NCBI GenBank assembly: GCA_964494885.1
Contig: CAZBTH010000006.1
Span: 1-55,933 of the forward strand
From: an uncultured Gammaproteobacteria bacterium
GTDB lineage: Bacteria > Patescibacteriota > Microgenomatia > UBA8517
Length of the DNA: 55,933 nucleotides
Direction of reading: 5' to 3'
In this document: piece after piece, positions 34,587 to 44,811 of the stretch
How positions within the stretch are numbered: position 1 is the first letter of the stretch
Layout of the letters: every line of letters starts with the position of its first letter
The notes under the pieces: model-generated
What the model was told of the DNA's origin: nothing
Seen by the model: only the letters and a program-made list of their open reading frames with translations
The model's database searches: none
Position numbers and translations under genes: made by a program

Positions 34587-37307
34587 ATGTTAAACATTTT
34601 TTCCAAACTTCTTGATCTCAATGCACGCGAAGTCGACCGGCTTAAAAAAATTGTAGATAAAATAAATGGATTTGAAAATAAATATAAAAAATTTAATGAT
34701 GCTGATTTTAAAAAAGAAACCGATCGATTTAAAAAACTAATAGCTAATGGCTATCAACTAGACACTGTTCTTCCCGAAGCATTCGCTTTGGTTCGGGAGG
34801 CCGCTTGGAGAGTTCTTGGACAGCGTTCTTTTGATGTTCAGTTGGTAGCAGGAATAGCTCTTTTTGAAGGAAGGGTCGCCGAACAGCGTACAGGTGAGGG
34901 AAAAACTCTTTCTGCTGTGGCGCCACTATATCTTCGGGCTTTGACCGGTCGAGGAGTTCACTTGGTTACAGTAAATGATTATTTAGCCAGGATCGGGGCC
35001 GGGTGGATGGGTCCTGTTTATAATTTTCTAGGACTATCTACGGGAGTAATAATTCAGGAAACAAAGTCATTTGTATATGACCCAAAATTTAGTGACACAA
35101 GTCACGGTGATGAAAGACTCTCGCATCTAAAACTTGTTGAAAGGAAGATTGCATACCAGAGTGATATTTTGTATGGAACGAATAATGAATTTGGTTTTGA
35201 TTATTTGCGCGATAATATGGTTTCATCTCTGCCCGAAATGGTTCAGCGCGGACATTATTTTGCAATTGTAGACGAAGTCGACTCAATTTTGATCGACGAA
35301 GCCCGTACCCCCTTAATTATTTCGGCGCCGGATACGGAACCTACAAAAAAATATTACGAATTTGCTTCGCTTGTTGAGAAATTAAATCCGGACACAGATT
35401 TTAAGATTGATGAAAAAGCCAAGAGCGCAACCTTAACGGAGACAGGAATTACTCGAGTAGAAAAAATACTCGGAATAGACAATCTTTATGAGAAAGATTT
35501 TGACTCAATACACCACATTGAGAACGCACTTAGGGCCAAAACACTTTATCTTCGCGATAAAGATTATGTAGTCAAGGATAATCAAGTCACAATCGTCGAT
35601 GAATTTACCGGACGCCTTATGGTGGGTAGGCGCTGGAGCGATGGACTTCACCAAGCAGTTGAGGCAAAAGAGAACGTTACGATTCAACAAGAAAGTAAAA
35701 CTTTGGCAACTATTTCCTTCCAGAATTACTTCAGAATGTATGAATATCTAAGCGGTATGACGGGAACCGCATCAACCGAGGCGGAGGAGTTTAGGAAGAT
35801 TTACAAACTGGAAGTTATAGCCATACCCACACATATGCCTATGGTAAGGCGTGATAAGCCCGACCAGATTTATAAGACACTGCGTGGAAAATATGGAGCC
35901 ATGGTTGAAGAAATTTCTGAATGTTATAAAAATGGCCAGCCGGTTCTTGTGGGAACCACTTCAATCGAGAAAAACGAAGTTATTTCAGAATATTTAAAAA
36001 GGAAAAAGATTCCACATAACGTTTTAAACGCTAAAAATCACGAGAAGGAGGCAGAAATTATTGCGGAAGCAGGTAAACTTAGTGCTGTAACCGTTGCCAC
36101 AAATATGGCGGGACGTGGGGTTGATATTATTCTTGGGGGGGCAACCCCCGAAAGAAAGTCGGGACTAACGAGTGAAAAATTTTATAAATCAACTGAGTTT
36201 AAGAAATGGCAGGAATCGCACGACAAAGTAATTAGTGCGGGAGGTTTGCATGTAATAGGAACAGAACGACATGAAGCGAGGCGTGTGGACAATCAGTTGC
36301 GAGGCCGTGCCGGACGCCAGGGAGACCCTGGTTCATCACGTTTTTATCTTTCTTTGGAGGACGACCTTATGCGTATTTTTGGCGGCGAACAAATTTCCGG
36401 AATCATGGACCGGCTTAATCTTCCCGAGGATCAGCCGATTGAAAATTCATTAATTGGCCGCGCCATTGAACAAGCTCAGGTAAAAGTTGAGGGATTCCAT
36501 TTCGATATCCGTAAACGTCTTGTTGAATACGATGATGTTGCCAATCAGCAAAGAGAAATTGTATACAAACTCAGGCGGAGAATTTTGGATTCTTCTGATG
36601 TCAAAGAAGAGGTGGTGGAAAAGTTAAATCATCAGATAGAAAAAACGGTTCTTTTGTCAACTGACCCGGATCAACTGGCAGTTGGCTTAGCTGAAATGAT
36701 TCCTTTTGACGATGCCTCGTTAAAAAACATCAAAAATCAAATATCCCGCCTGCATGCGCCTGAGCGCAGCGATGGCGGGCAGGCAAAAATCAATGAGTTT
36801 ATGCTTCAGATTTTAACGGATGTTTATGGAAAAAGAGAAAAAGACCTTGGAGAAAAAGTTATGCGTGAGGTAGAAAAATATGCCTACCTCGGTGCTATCG
36901 ATCACCTGTGGATGGACCACATCGATCATATCGATGATCTTAGGGAAGGCGTGACCCTCCGAGCTTACGGTCAGCGTGATCCTTTAGTCGAGTTTAAAAA
37001 TGAAGCCTTCAATCTATTTGAAAGATTAATCGATAGGGTAGATGAAGAGCTTTCACATAGAATTTTCAGAATTGGCGTTGCCCAACCCCAGTCCGAAATT
37101 CCGCTTAATTTGGCGAGAGAAAATATTGATAAAAGTGATTCAACTGGTCTAACCGGAAACGCAGACCAAACTTCTAAATTTGGTGCTCCTGCTTTCCAGC
37201 CACCAGTAAGCAGTAAACAGTCAACAGGGAAGATTAGCCGCAATGATCCATGCTGGTGTAATTCTGGTAAAAAGTGGAAGCGTTGCCACTATCCCCAGTT
37301 GGGGTAA
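34587..37307 (+). CDS. secA: protein translocase subunit SecA
   Basis: TGEGKTL, DEVDSILIDEARTPLIIS, ATNMAGRG, QLRGRAGRQGDPG, SEC-C motif CWC.SGKKWKRCH. Confidence 0.98.
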   Translation: MLNIFSKLLDLNAREVDRLKKIVDKINGFENKYKKFNDADFKKETDRFKKLIANGYQLDTVLPEAFALVREAAWRVLGQRSFDVQLVAGIALFEGRVAEQRTGEGKTLSAVAPLYLRALTGRGVHLVTVNDYLARIGAGWMGPVYNFLGLSTGVIIQETKSFVYDPKFSDTSHGDERLSHLKLVERKIAYQSDILYGTNNEFGFDYLRDNMVSSLPEMVQRGHYFAIVDEVDSILIDEARTPLIISAPDTEPTKKYYEFASLVEKLNPDTDFKIDEKAKSATLTETGITRVEKILGIDNLYEKDFDSIHHIENALRAKTLYLRDKDYVVKDNQVTIVDEFTGRLMVGRRWSDGLHQAVEAKENVTIQQESKTLATISFQNYFRMYEYLSGMTGTASTEAEEFRKIYKLEVIAIPTHMPMVRRDKPDQIYKTLRGKYGAMVEEISECYKNGQPVLVGTTSIEKNEVISEYLKRKKIPHNVLNAKNHEKEAEIIAEAGKLSAVTVATNMAGRGVDIILGGATPERKSGLTSEKFYKSTEFKKWQESHDKVISAGGLHVIGTERHEARRVDNQLRGRAGRQGDPGSSRFYLSLEDDLMRIFGGEQISGIMDRLNLPEDQPIENSLIGRAIEQAQVKVEGFHFDIRKRLVEYDDVANQQREIVYKLRRRILDSSDVKEEVVEKLNHQIEKTVLLSTDPDQLAVGLAEMIPFDDASLKNIKNQISRLHAPERSDGGQAKINEFMLQILTDVYGKREKDLGEKVMREVEKYAYLGAIDHLWMDHIDHIDDLREGVTLRAYGQRDPLVEFKNEAFNLFERLIDRVDEELSHRIFRIGVAQPQSEIPLNLARENIDKSDSTGLTGNADQTSKFGAPAFQPPVSSKQSTGKISRNDPCWCNSGKKWKRCHYPQLG

Positions 37308-37350
37308 AAGTGCTGACATCCTGAGCAAAGTCGAATGGATGGAAAAAGTG

Positions 37351-38026
37351 TCAATATCCTCTATACTCCAATATCTTGTCAAGGTCGTTCCCCATAACCA
37401 TTTCTTTCTCTAGGTGTTTGTATTTTTCTGGAAACTCAAATTTTTTGCCAAACATCCAGGTATAGAAGACGGCGGTTGCTTTGACGTTGTTTTCGACTGT
37501 CTCTTTTGCAGGTTCACCACCAGCTTTGTGCACATCTCCAAAGTCGCCGATAAAATATGTAGTAATGCGAAGATCTCTTGGGTTGATTGCTATGAAAAAT
37601 GACTTATTTGTTAATATAAAAATATCAGTACCATTACTTTCTTTCAAAACAGGAATACAGGCCAATTCGCAGGCCTTCACCAGGTCTTTTCTAATTTGCG
37701 ACAAGACATTAGGTGGAATTCTTGATACGACATCTTTATACTCGTTTGAGTTTATTTCGCTGGCGTCCATGCTGTACACCCAAACATTTCCGTTTTCTGT
37801 CAGATCAGACAAAGCCATCCAAAGCTTATTTTCTTCGTCTTCAAAAATAAATGCTTCTTGTGGCGTGTTAACGCCGCATTCTTTTTAAGAAGAATTTCCC
37901 CACGTATCCATTCTCATCGTACAAATCTGCCATAAACTTGGGACCCTCTGTGCCCACATTCACCGTTTCTTTTACGTTAATTCTAAATACTTGGTTCTCA
38001 TCCTTGGGATTGTTAGTCGTTTCCAT
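37351..38026 (-). pseudogene. hypothetical protein split by a one-base insertion (ORF track 37351..37818 is the 3' part)
   Basis: ORF from ATG 38026 (METTNNPK...) joins 37818 if one A is removed from the run at 37882..37886. Confidence 0.6.
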
Positions 38027-38140
38027 TTTTTAAATATTCAAACCACTTGTGATTATAATGCAAACGAGTCGTTGTTTGTTTAGCTCGAAATTTAAGAATC
38101 CCAACACTTCTTGCTTGGATAATATATGATTTAGTTTGGT

Positions 38141-39589
38141 ATGGAACAGCACACAGAAGAATTTCCAATAGAAAGACCAACTACCCCAGGTACAGGTTAT
38201 TTGAGGCAAAAATATTTTGACGCAATTCATTCTGCAGAGAATATACCCGATGTATTAAAAGAGAGAAAAGCCTTTGCCTGCGTGGAAGAAAAACTTGATG
38301 TTATAAAGGAAGATCTAAAAGGCACCAATGACGCGCGCTCCACGCTTGAAGTAATTGGCCGTTTACTAACTGCTGAACCAAAAGATATCAGGTTGTTTGC
38401 AGCAGGCCTTGTAGATGAAAATTTTGCAAATCTAACAAAGAGAGTTAACACGGAGGGTTTTAAAGACTTAAATGCGATAGGAGAAACACCTCTCACAATA
38501 ACAACTCTGGCAAGGACTTTAGAAATTTTAGGGAATGCCGACCCAAGATCAGAAAAATATTTGGAATTTCTTGAGGATAACAAAGATGCGATAGTAGCTC
38601 TGTTTAGGCAGGGTAATGCGGGGGTGGGGGAAGCTTTGGCAATAACATTATTTAACATCCGCGGACGCGGGGATAAGGAAGCGCAAGCAGCAACAGATGC
38701 TCTGATTTGCGATTTGTTATTTGCAGAAGATGTTCAAGAACATAGAGTTCGTAAGTTTTTTGACAAATTGCAGGATTTTGAACCCAATTTAGCAAGTGTT
38801 TTTTTCAAAAAGACACTGGGAAAATATTTTAAAGATCAATCTGTCATAGATGATTTAGTAGATTCTTACCAAGTAAGAACTGATTATTCACCGGAATTAA
38901 GCAGCATTGAGGTTTATAAGACTCTAAAAATTTGTGAGGGGATAGACAAAATCATTCCCGGTGGAAGTGAAAGAATCAATAAATTATTTGGGATTACACA
39001 TTTTGCCCGTTATTCGGGGGAAATGCTTATTGCGCAGTTGAGGGATTGGGACAGTGGGGACAAAACACCCTACGGCGTATATGTTGGTTCTTGGAATGAT
39101 TGGAATCGTAACATCAGTGGTAGTGATAATGAAGCGATTTTTGGAAAAGTTAAAAAACTTGGTTTTAAGTTCAGGGTAATAGAAGCTAGAGACAAAGAAG
39201 AGTTTGTAATGAGGCAGGTGGCACTAAGTCAGCAGTTTAATGGAGCGGATAAATTTCACTTTTTGATTATCAATGCCCACGGGTCTCCAAGAGGTTTTTA
39301 TTTAGGTAGAAATAACGAGGGGTTTGTCGGAATTGGCGACATACAATTGTTAAAAAAGGATCTGGCGGCACTTTACATGTTTTCAATGCAAACACTTTTT
39401 CGGTCGTGTTCTACAGGAGTTGAGGATGGTTTTGCCGAAAACTGGGCCGATTCCGGAATTGAATCGATTGGCCCTAAACGTGACGGGGATTTGGCGGGTA
39501 TAGAACCGTTTTTAAGGCCGGGAGGACTTATCGGTTTTCGCGTAATTGACGGCAAAGTAGGAATGAACAGGTATCCAAGGTTGAAGTGA
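38141..39589 (+). CDS. hypothetical protein with C-terminal caspase/CHAT-like His-Cys domain
   Basis: IINAHGS ... LFRSCSTG dyad pattern. Confidence 0.6.
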   Translation: MEQHTEEFPIERPTTPGTGYLRQKYFDAIHSAENIPDVLKERKAFACVEEKLDVIKEDLKGTNDARSTLEVIGRLLTAEPKDIRLFAAGLVDENFANLTKRVNTEGFKDLNAIGETPLTITTLARTLEILGNADPRSEKYLEFLEDNKDAIVALFRQGNAGVGEALAITLFNIRGRGDKEAQAATDALICDLLFAEDVQEHRVRKFFDKLQDFEPNLASVFFKKTLGKYFKDQSVIDDLVDSYQVRTDYSPELSSIEVYKTLKICEGIDKIIPGGSERINKLFGITHFARYSGEMLIAQLRDWDSGDKTPYGVYVGSWNDWNRNISGSDNEAIFGKVKKLGFKFRVIEARDKEEFVMRQVALSQQFNGADKFHFLIINAHGSPRGFYLGRNNEGFVGIGDIQLLKKDLAALYMFSMQTLFRSCSTGVEDGFAENWADSGIESIGPKRDGDLAGIEPFLRPGGLIGFRVIDGKVGMNRYPRLK

Positions 39590-39602
39590 GTATTGGTAAC
39601 TG

Positions 39603-40400
39603 TTAGACTAATTTTCCCGCATTAATCGCTCTCATTCCGATTCTATTTATTCGAACCACAATTTCTCGGTTTTTAAATTCCCTTTCGTTTATGGGTCCAT
39701 TTATCTCGCGAATAAAATAATGACCTTTTTTGCCCTGGCGCAAAATACAATTACCTACTTTGAAATTACTTCCCTCTTTGTCAATTTCTTTCCACGCGTC
39801 TTCCGGCAACGAAGCAAACATATACATAGTTTCAAACAATCTGCCTTCGTGTTTTTGACGAAACTCTTCCGCGAGCATAAAGTGGTCCTTGTAATCGGCT
39901 ATGAATTTTTCAAAGTGAAGAGTTTTTGATGTATTGCCTACTCCAAGCACCATTTCAGCTTTATAGAAAGCGTCTACAAAACTAAAACCGTCCTGTTCAT
40001 AATAATAACGGCTCCAATCGTTGCCATACCTCTTCTTGTGATTCTCAAGACTGTTTTCATTGGGCTCAGTATCAACCTCTATGTTTTGAATTCCATAAAT
40101 AGACATAATGTTTTCGGCTTTTAAAAAATGCGGTAAAAGCGCGTTGGACCAATCGTGAAGCGGGAGGGCAATACTTAGTTTTCCAACAGCGTTTCTATCC
40201 GTCAAAAAAGCACGGTCAGCGTTTTCAGGGGTACGTGCGGTCCATTCAATGTTTTTCATTGAGAGAGCGAACATATCCCTGATCTCTTCAACGCTAAATT
40301 GCCGCTTCCAACCCTCTACGTTTACAGTGAATTCCTGTTTGGCAGACATGGAACTAGTTTTTAGGGAGGCATTCATTTCTTGGTAATTAACCGGCGACAT
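39603..40400 (-). CDS. hypothetical protein
   Basis: 265-aa ORF with TATACT just upstream. Confidence 0.65.
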   Translation of the reverse strand: MSPVNYQEMNASLKTSSMSAKQEFTVNVEGWKRQFSVEEIRDMFALSMKNIEWTARTPENADRAFLTDRNAVGKLSIALPLHDWSNALLPHFLKAENIMSIYGIQNIEVDTEPNENSLENHKKRYGNDWSRYYYEQDGFSFVDAFYKAEMVLGVGNTSKTLHFEKFIADYKDHFMLAEEFRQKHEGRLFETMYMFASLPEDAWKEIDKEGSNFKVGNCILRQGKKGHYFIREINGPINEREFKNREIVVRINRIGMRAINAGKLV

Positions 40401-40492
40401 GCTGACAGTATAACAAATGTCACAGTTTTAGCCTCCAAATACTGTTACTGCAAAATCAAGAAACAGGACATCATTATATTTATATGTTTAAT

Positions 40493-40587
40493 TATCCGAA
40501 TAATCGATTAATCGGATAAAAACAAAACTTGATCAGCCGGACTGTCATTTCAAAATGTGCCACTACCCAAAACTGTCTGGCGACTAA
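40493..40587 (+). repeat. inter-cassette repeat 1: palindrome plus secA-3'-end-like tail
   Basis: TATCCGAATAATCGATTAATCGGATA...CATTTCAAAATGTGCCACTACCCAAAA (reads HFKMCHYPKL). Confidence 0.8.
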
Positions 40588-40634
40588 TCTTATAGTTTGT
40601 AAAATTCTCCACAATCTATTATAATCCTCCATCT

Positions 40635-41339
40635 ATGACAGCTGAAATATTACATCATAACCTGGCTCCCAATTTTGGGTTACGTCTGGCCACACAGAAA
40701 AAATTTGAGGAAATACGCCGAAGCAGGGGCGACCGTGAATATACATACCTGAACGGTGAATATAGTGAATCGCTAGTAAACTATATCCAGTCTCTTGCCA
40801 AAGAGCTCCTCCAGGCCAAGAGACTTGTAATTTTATTAGACATTGGCGGCGGTAAGGGAAAAAGTTGGGGAAGAATCGCTGAAGGGTTTAAAACCGAAAT
40901 TCAGGAAAGCAGAATAGCCTTTGTTGTTAGTAGCATTGATCTTCCCAAAAAACCAGAACAATGGATTCACCATGTTGTCGGTTTTTTTTCTGAACTTCCA
41001 GACAAGACGATTATATTACCTTCCGGAGTAGTCGTACCCTTACTAAAAAATGTAAATGTAATGCACGAAAGCTGTTCATTAACTTCCTGGAGTCTGATTC
41101 CTGAGACAGACATCATGAATATTGGAATACTGGCTTCTTCCAATTCCACATATTTAGTACCAAAAATCGATACGATTCGCTTTAACGGCGATTTAGTAGA
41201 AGAAGATCGGCATATACGGGAAGGTGTGGAGATTGCCCATCGGAAACTTCAGGACAAATTTGGTTTTACAAAGACCGAAAATCAAAATATAAATACGATT
41301 CAATTTCCCGAAATGCCGTACTTGATATTTAGTAGATAA
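40635..41339 (+). CDS. methyltransferase-fold hypothetical protein
   Basis: LLDIGGGKG glycine loop. Confidence 0.55.
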   Translation: MTAEILHHNLAPNFGLRLATQKKFEEIRRSRGDREYTYLNGEYSESLVNYIQSLAKELLQAKRLVILLDIGGGKGKSWGRIAEGFKTEIQESRIAFVVSSIDLPKKPEQWIHHVVGFFSELPDKTIILPSGVVVPLLKNVNVMHESCSLTSWSLIPETDIMNIGILASSNSTYLVPKIDTIRFNGDLVEEDRHIREGVEIAHRKLQDKFGFTKTENQNINTIQFPEMPYLIFSR

Positions 41340-41382
41340 GCCCAGCGAAGCCATCGTTAAATGTTTTTGTTATCATATACAG

Positions 41383-42654
41383 ATGGATATGGAAAAGCCG
41401 CCAATTTTAACTTCAGTAGAAAGACCAATTGAGGAAGGAGACTTTGTTCTTGTGTTGGAATCTGCAGTTCTACCCGCCACCAAACCAGACATATCTACTA
41501 CCCAGGCTTTAATATCTCAGGTTCGTCAAAAGTATCACGGACAAGACAAGGTGATTTTGGCAGAGCCCGGAGAAAATATAAACACAAGTATTCCTGAAGG
41601 GTCCACGACTGGTTATATTAGGACTTCAATGCTTGTTCCGTTTAGAGTAGAAGCAGACGAAACTTTTAAATCATCGGATGAAGAAATAGAAAAAGGAGAA
41701 CCGGTGAGTATTAGGATAGGGAAAAAAGATGGTTCTGCATATATAGTTGATGGAATTTGTAGAGGATATGATTGGCATATAGATGGCTACAGAGTATCTG
41801 TTAAAAACGAGGAAGGACTTGAAGCTTTACTGCAAATTAACAAGGAGAATATTGAAATCAGGGTTGATTCCACTATCGAAGACTTCTCAAAATTTTGGAG
41901 AGAATTCATACAGATGGATCCATTTCCAGGTATATATGATACTTCTCAGGTTACGCAGATCGTCTGTCGCGAGCCGGAACTTATAAAGAAATACCTACCG
42001 TTGATTGAAAAAACTGAAAATGTTTATAAAATTTTGCAAATAATCGACAATAATCCGATGATTGCCTACAAGCTATTTAACATTTTTACGGAGGTGCCGG
42101 AATTGATAGATGTCTATGCTAAATTTGCTCTGCGTGTGCCTTACTTGTATCAAGATGCGGAAGAGGGTAGGGAATACCGTTCGGAACCAACTAGAATATC
42201 ATCATCTCCCGACCCTGAATTTATAAGACATAAACTTAATCAGATTAAAGAAATTGAAAATAAGTTGGAAACTTATTTGGAAGGTAGGGAATATGCAATT
42301 ATTGCCGAACCCCTGGATGGTCTAGCCTTTGTCAGTATTGTTCCTATAAAAAGTAGATCGGGTATAGACGGGATTTCTATATTGATAGCGCCGGGGAAGG
42401 GAAATGATTTTGTGTCAGTAGTAATTCGAGTTTTTTCTAACGGCACCGTTGATTCGGGTCTAAAGTATAATGATTGGTACGATCTGGGTTATATGTTTAA
42501 AGAGAACCCGGCAATCGACGAAGAGGAGTTTTTAAATGCTCTGGTTAATAATGTTCCAATGTCAGATGAAATGAATCTGGCTTTGGAAAAAAGTGGCAGG
42601 TCAAATGGTAAACACGGTAAATTCGAAAGACTTGTTTTGCAGAGCGAAGAATAA
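41383..42654 (+). CDS. hypothetical protein
   Basis: 423-aa acidic ORF. Confidence 0.7.
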   Translation: MDMEKPPILTSVERPIEEGDFVLVLESAVLPATKPDISTTQALISQVRQKYHGQDKVILAEPGENINTSIPEGSTTGYIRTSMLVPFRVEADETFKSSDEEIEKGEPVSIRIGKKDGSAYIVDGICRGYDWHIDGYRVSVKNEEGLEALLQINKENIEIRVDSTIEDFSKFWREFIQMDPFPGIYDTSQVTQIVCREPELIKKYLPLIEKTENVYKILQIIDNNPMIAYKLFNIFTEVPELIDVYAKFALRVPYLYQDAEEGREYRSEPTRISSSPDPEFIRHKLNQIKEIENKLETYLEGREYAIIAEPLDGLAFVSIVPIKSRSGIDGISILIAPGKGNDFVSVVIRVFSNGTVDSGLKYNDWYDLGYMFKENPAIDEEEFLNALVNNVPMSDEMNLALEKSGRSNGKHGKFERLVLQSEE

Positions 42655-42660
42655 ATACAC

Positions 42661-42740
42661 TATCCGAATAATCGATTAATCGGATAAAAAGAAAACTCGA
42701 CCGGCCGGACTGTCATTTCAAAACATACCACTACCTAAAA
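42661..42740 (+). repeat. inter-cassette repeat 2
   Basis: Near-identical to 40493..40572. Confidence 0.85.
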
Positions 42741-42789
42741 AGTTGCTTCTTAAGCAAATGCAGTTAACCTTCTAATGTATAATGAAGCT

Positions 42790-43509
42790 ATGGAACATAT
42801 AGATAGCATAGAAGTTCGCGTTTCTGAGTTACAGCGGAGGGTTTCTGGATATTTATCCATGAAAGATAACGAAATGTTAAAGGAGTTACTTCCCTGGATC
42901 GAGAAAAACGTCACAAAAGAAGTAGTCGACAGAATGACGAATATTAAATTTCAACGTAAGTTGGAAGATGCCACGACTAAAGTGGCCGATACGCCTCTGG
43001 ATATTGCAGACTCCAAAGATGGTGGGAAGTTGGTTATGCCCATTAAGGAAGGATATACGGTAGTTGCCGTAGATGAGAAAGGGTTGCCCATAGGTTGTGT
43101 ACATAAACCCGTTTCGGCATATGAAGGGTTTAATGTAGTTGGGGTTGCATATGAGAAAGCTCTTTTGTTAAAAATTCTAGAAGATGAAGGCAAAACTGGA
43201 GGTTTAAGAGACGGGGATAATATGAGATCTGTTCAGAAAAGGGGTTTTACAAGACATTGGGGTTCTGCAAATAAGTTAGCAAAAGTAGAGGATGTTGGTA
43301 AAGTTGCGTTGGGTGCAAGTGGGGTAGGACAGGGAGACGAAGAGAACATGCGACTGCTTGACGGTGGCATTCCATCTACTTATACAAATGCTGGACTATT
43401 CGACACTTTTATGGCTGATCAAACAAGAATTGCGCTAGAAAATCCCGATATTCCCGCGATGCCATCGCTCGAACCGGACTGGTTCGAACCGGAACTAAGT
43501 AAACATTAG
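42790..43509 (+). CDS. hypothetical protein, GlcG/HbpS-like fold possible
   Basis: VVAVDEKG, VAYEKA and ALGASG motifs. Confidence 0.55.
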   Translation: MEHIDSIEVRVSELQRRVSGYLSMKDNEMLKELLPWIEKNVTKEVVDRMTNIKFQRKLEDATTKVADTPLDIADSKDGGKLVMPIKEGYTVVAVDEKGLPIGCVHKPVSAYEGFNVVGVAYEKALLLKILEDEGKTGGLRDGDNMRSVQKRGFTRHWGSANKLAKVEDVGKVALGASGVGQGDEENMRLLDGGIPSTYTNAGLFDTFMADQTRIALENPDIPAMPSLEPDWFEPELSKH

Positions 43510-43524
43510 ATGTGAGGGGGATAG

Positions 43525-43565
43525 CCTATTTAGCCAGCATTTCAAAAAGTGCCCATCCCCAAGAA
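43525..43565 (+). repeat. inter-cassette repeat 3
   Basis: CCTATTTAGCCAG-CATTTCAAAAAGTGCCCATCCCC. Confidence 0.7.
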
Positions 43566-43667
43566 AATTCGTAAATACGAATAAGACCTTACTTCTTACA
43601 ATCACCCATAACCAAATAGGGTTCGAGATTGTTTAGTACGACACCACATACTATACTACTTATTGTT

Positions 43668-44717
43668 ATGAACCTAACTCGCAATAATGTGTTTTATCCA
43701 AAAACAGAGACCCCTCTTTCAGATAGTGAACGATTATCTTTGCGTGACCGCTATGATCGATTTAATGCAGAAGTTGAACTAGCAAAGATTTGCGAATTTG
43801 TTTTTCGTCAAAAACCAAAATCTTTTTTTAAAATAATTGCATGGGGGTTAGATCACATTCTCTACGATGTCACCTTGAGTGATAAAAGGATTGTTGTTCG
43901 TATTAATCAAACTACAGTAGAAGATGACTATTTCGAGGCAGAAGAGTACATTTATAAAAAACTAATAGAACTTAATATACAAAAGTGTTCTGTGTATCAT
44001 GTTGAAAAGAGGGGTAGTAGTTTCTTATACGATTTTATTATTTTGGATAAACTAATGATAGGTGATTTTGAAAAACTTCTACAGGAGGGAGAATATAAAA
44101 CTGATCAAGAAACAATTTTGGTAAAAAAGTCTGGTGAGTTCCTTAGGAAAATACATTCTATTAAAACTTCAAAATACGGTTTTTTTGACAGATCACAATT
44201 AACTAGTGGTTTAATTGGTACAAAAGATACCTGGGTTGATTATTATTTAACTGCATTTGATATAAATTTGTCTACTCTCATAGAATTAGATTATATAAAT
44301 GAAGAAAAAGAAAAACAAATTAAGGATGTTGTGGAAAATAACAAGAGTTTGTTAATTTGTGAAAATCCAGTCCTTCTACATGGTGACTATTGTGATCACA
44401 ATATAATTAGTGATATGAATGGTATAACAGGTGCCATTGATTGGACAGATGCTATGAGTGGGGATCCACTTCACGATATTGCTTTTTGGTCATCGTTTTA
44501 TCCAATAGAAAGATTGGATATTTTTCTAGACGGATACTACGGCTCAGAAATAAAACCCGCTACTTTTTGGGATACTCTAAATTTATCCCTTCTACGTATA
44601 AATGTTTCAAAGGCTGTTTTACGTCATAAATATGGCATTCCTGAGAGAGTTCCTCTTGCTATTAAAAAAATCAATGAAAGTTTAGATTATTTTAATAAAG
44701 GAAAATATGTTGTGTGA
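43668..44717 (+). CDS. aminoglycoside phosphotransferase/choline kinase-family protein
   Basis: LLHGDYCDHNI, IDWTDA, GDPLHD motifs. Confidence 0.85.
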   Translation: MNLTRNNVFYPKTETPLSDSERLSLRDRYDRFNAEVELAKICEFVFRQKPKSFFKIIAWGLDHILYDVTLSDKRIVVRINQTTVEDDYFEAEEYIYKKLIELNIQKCSVYHVEKRGSSFLYDFIILDKLMIGDFEKLLQEGEYKTDQETILVKKSGEFLRKIHSIKTSKYGFFDRSQLTSGLIGTKDTWVDYYLTAFDINLSTLIELDYINEEKEKQIKDVVENNKSLLICENPVLLHGDYCDHNIISDMNGITGAIDWTDAMSGDPLHDIAFWSSFYPIERLDIFLDGYYGSEIKPATFWDTLNLSLLRINVSKAVLRHKYGIPERVPLAIKKINESLDYFNKGKYVV

Positions 44718-44720
44718 TAT

Positions 44721-44772
44721 CCTATTTAACTAGCATTTCAAACAATGCCATTACCCAAAACCTCCAAACTAA
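44721..44772 (+). repeat. inter-cassette repeat 4
   Basis: CCTATTTAACTAG-CATTTCAAACAATGCCATTACCCAAAA (reads HFKQCHYPKPPN*). Confidence 0.8.
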
Positions 44773-44811
44773 GTTCTTGACTTCGGTAAATATTCGGTTT
44801 AAATTAAAATT

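Noticed and set aside
40493-44772. CRISPR array or classical integron attC sites
   Set aside because: Repeats are separated by whole genes, are degenerate, lack RYYYAAC/GTTRRRY ends, and no cas or intI gene is present
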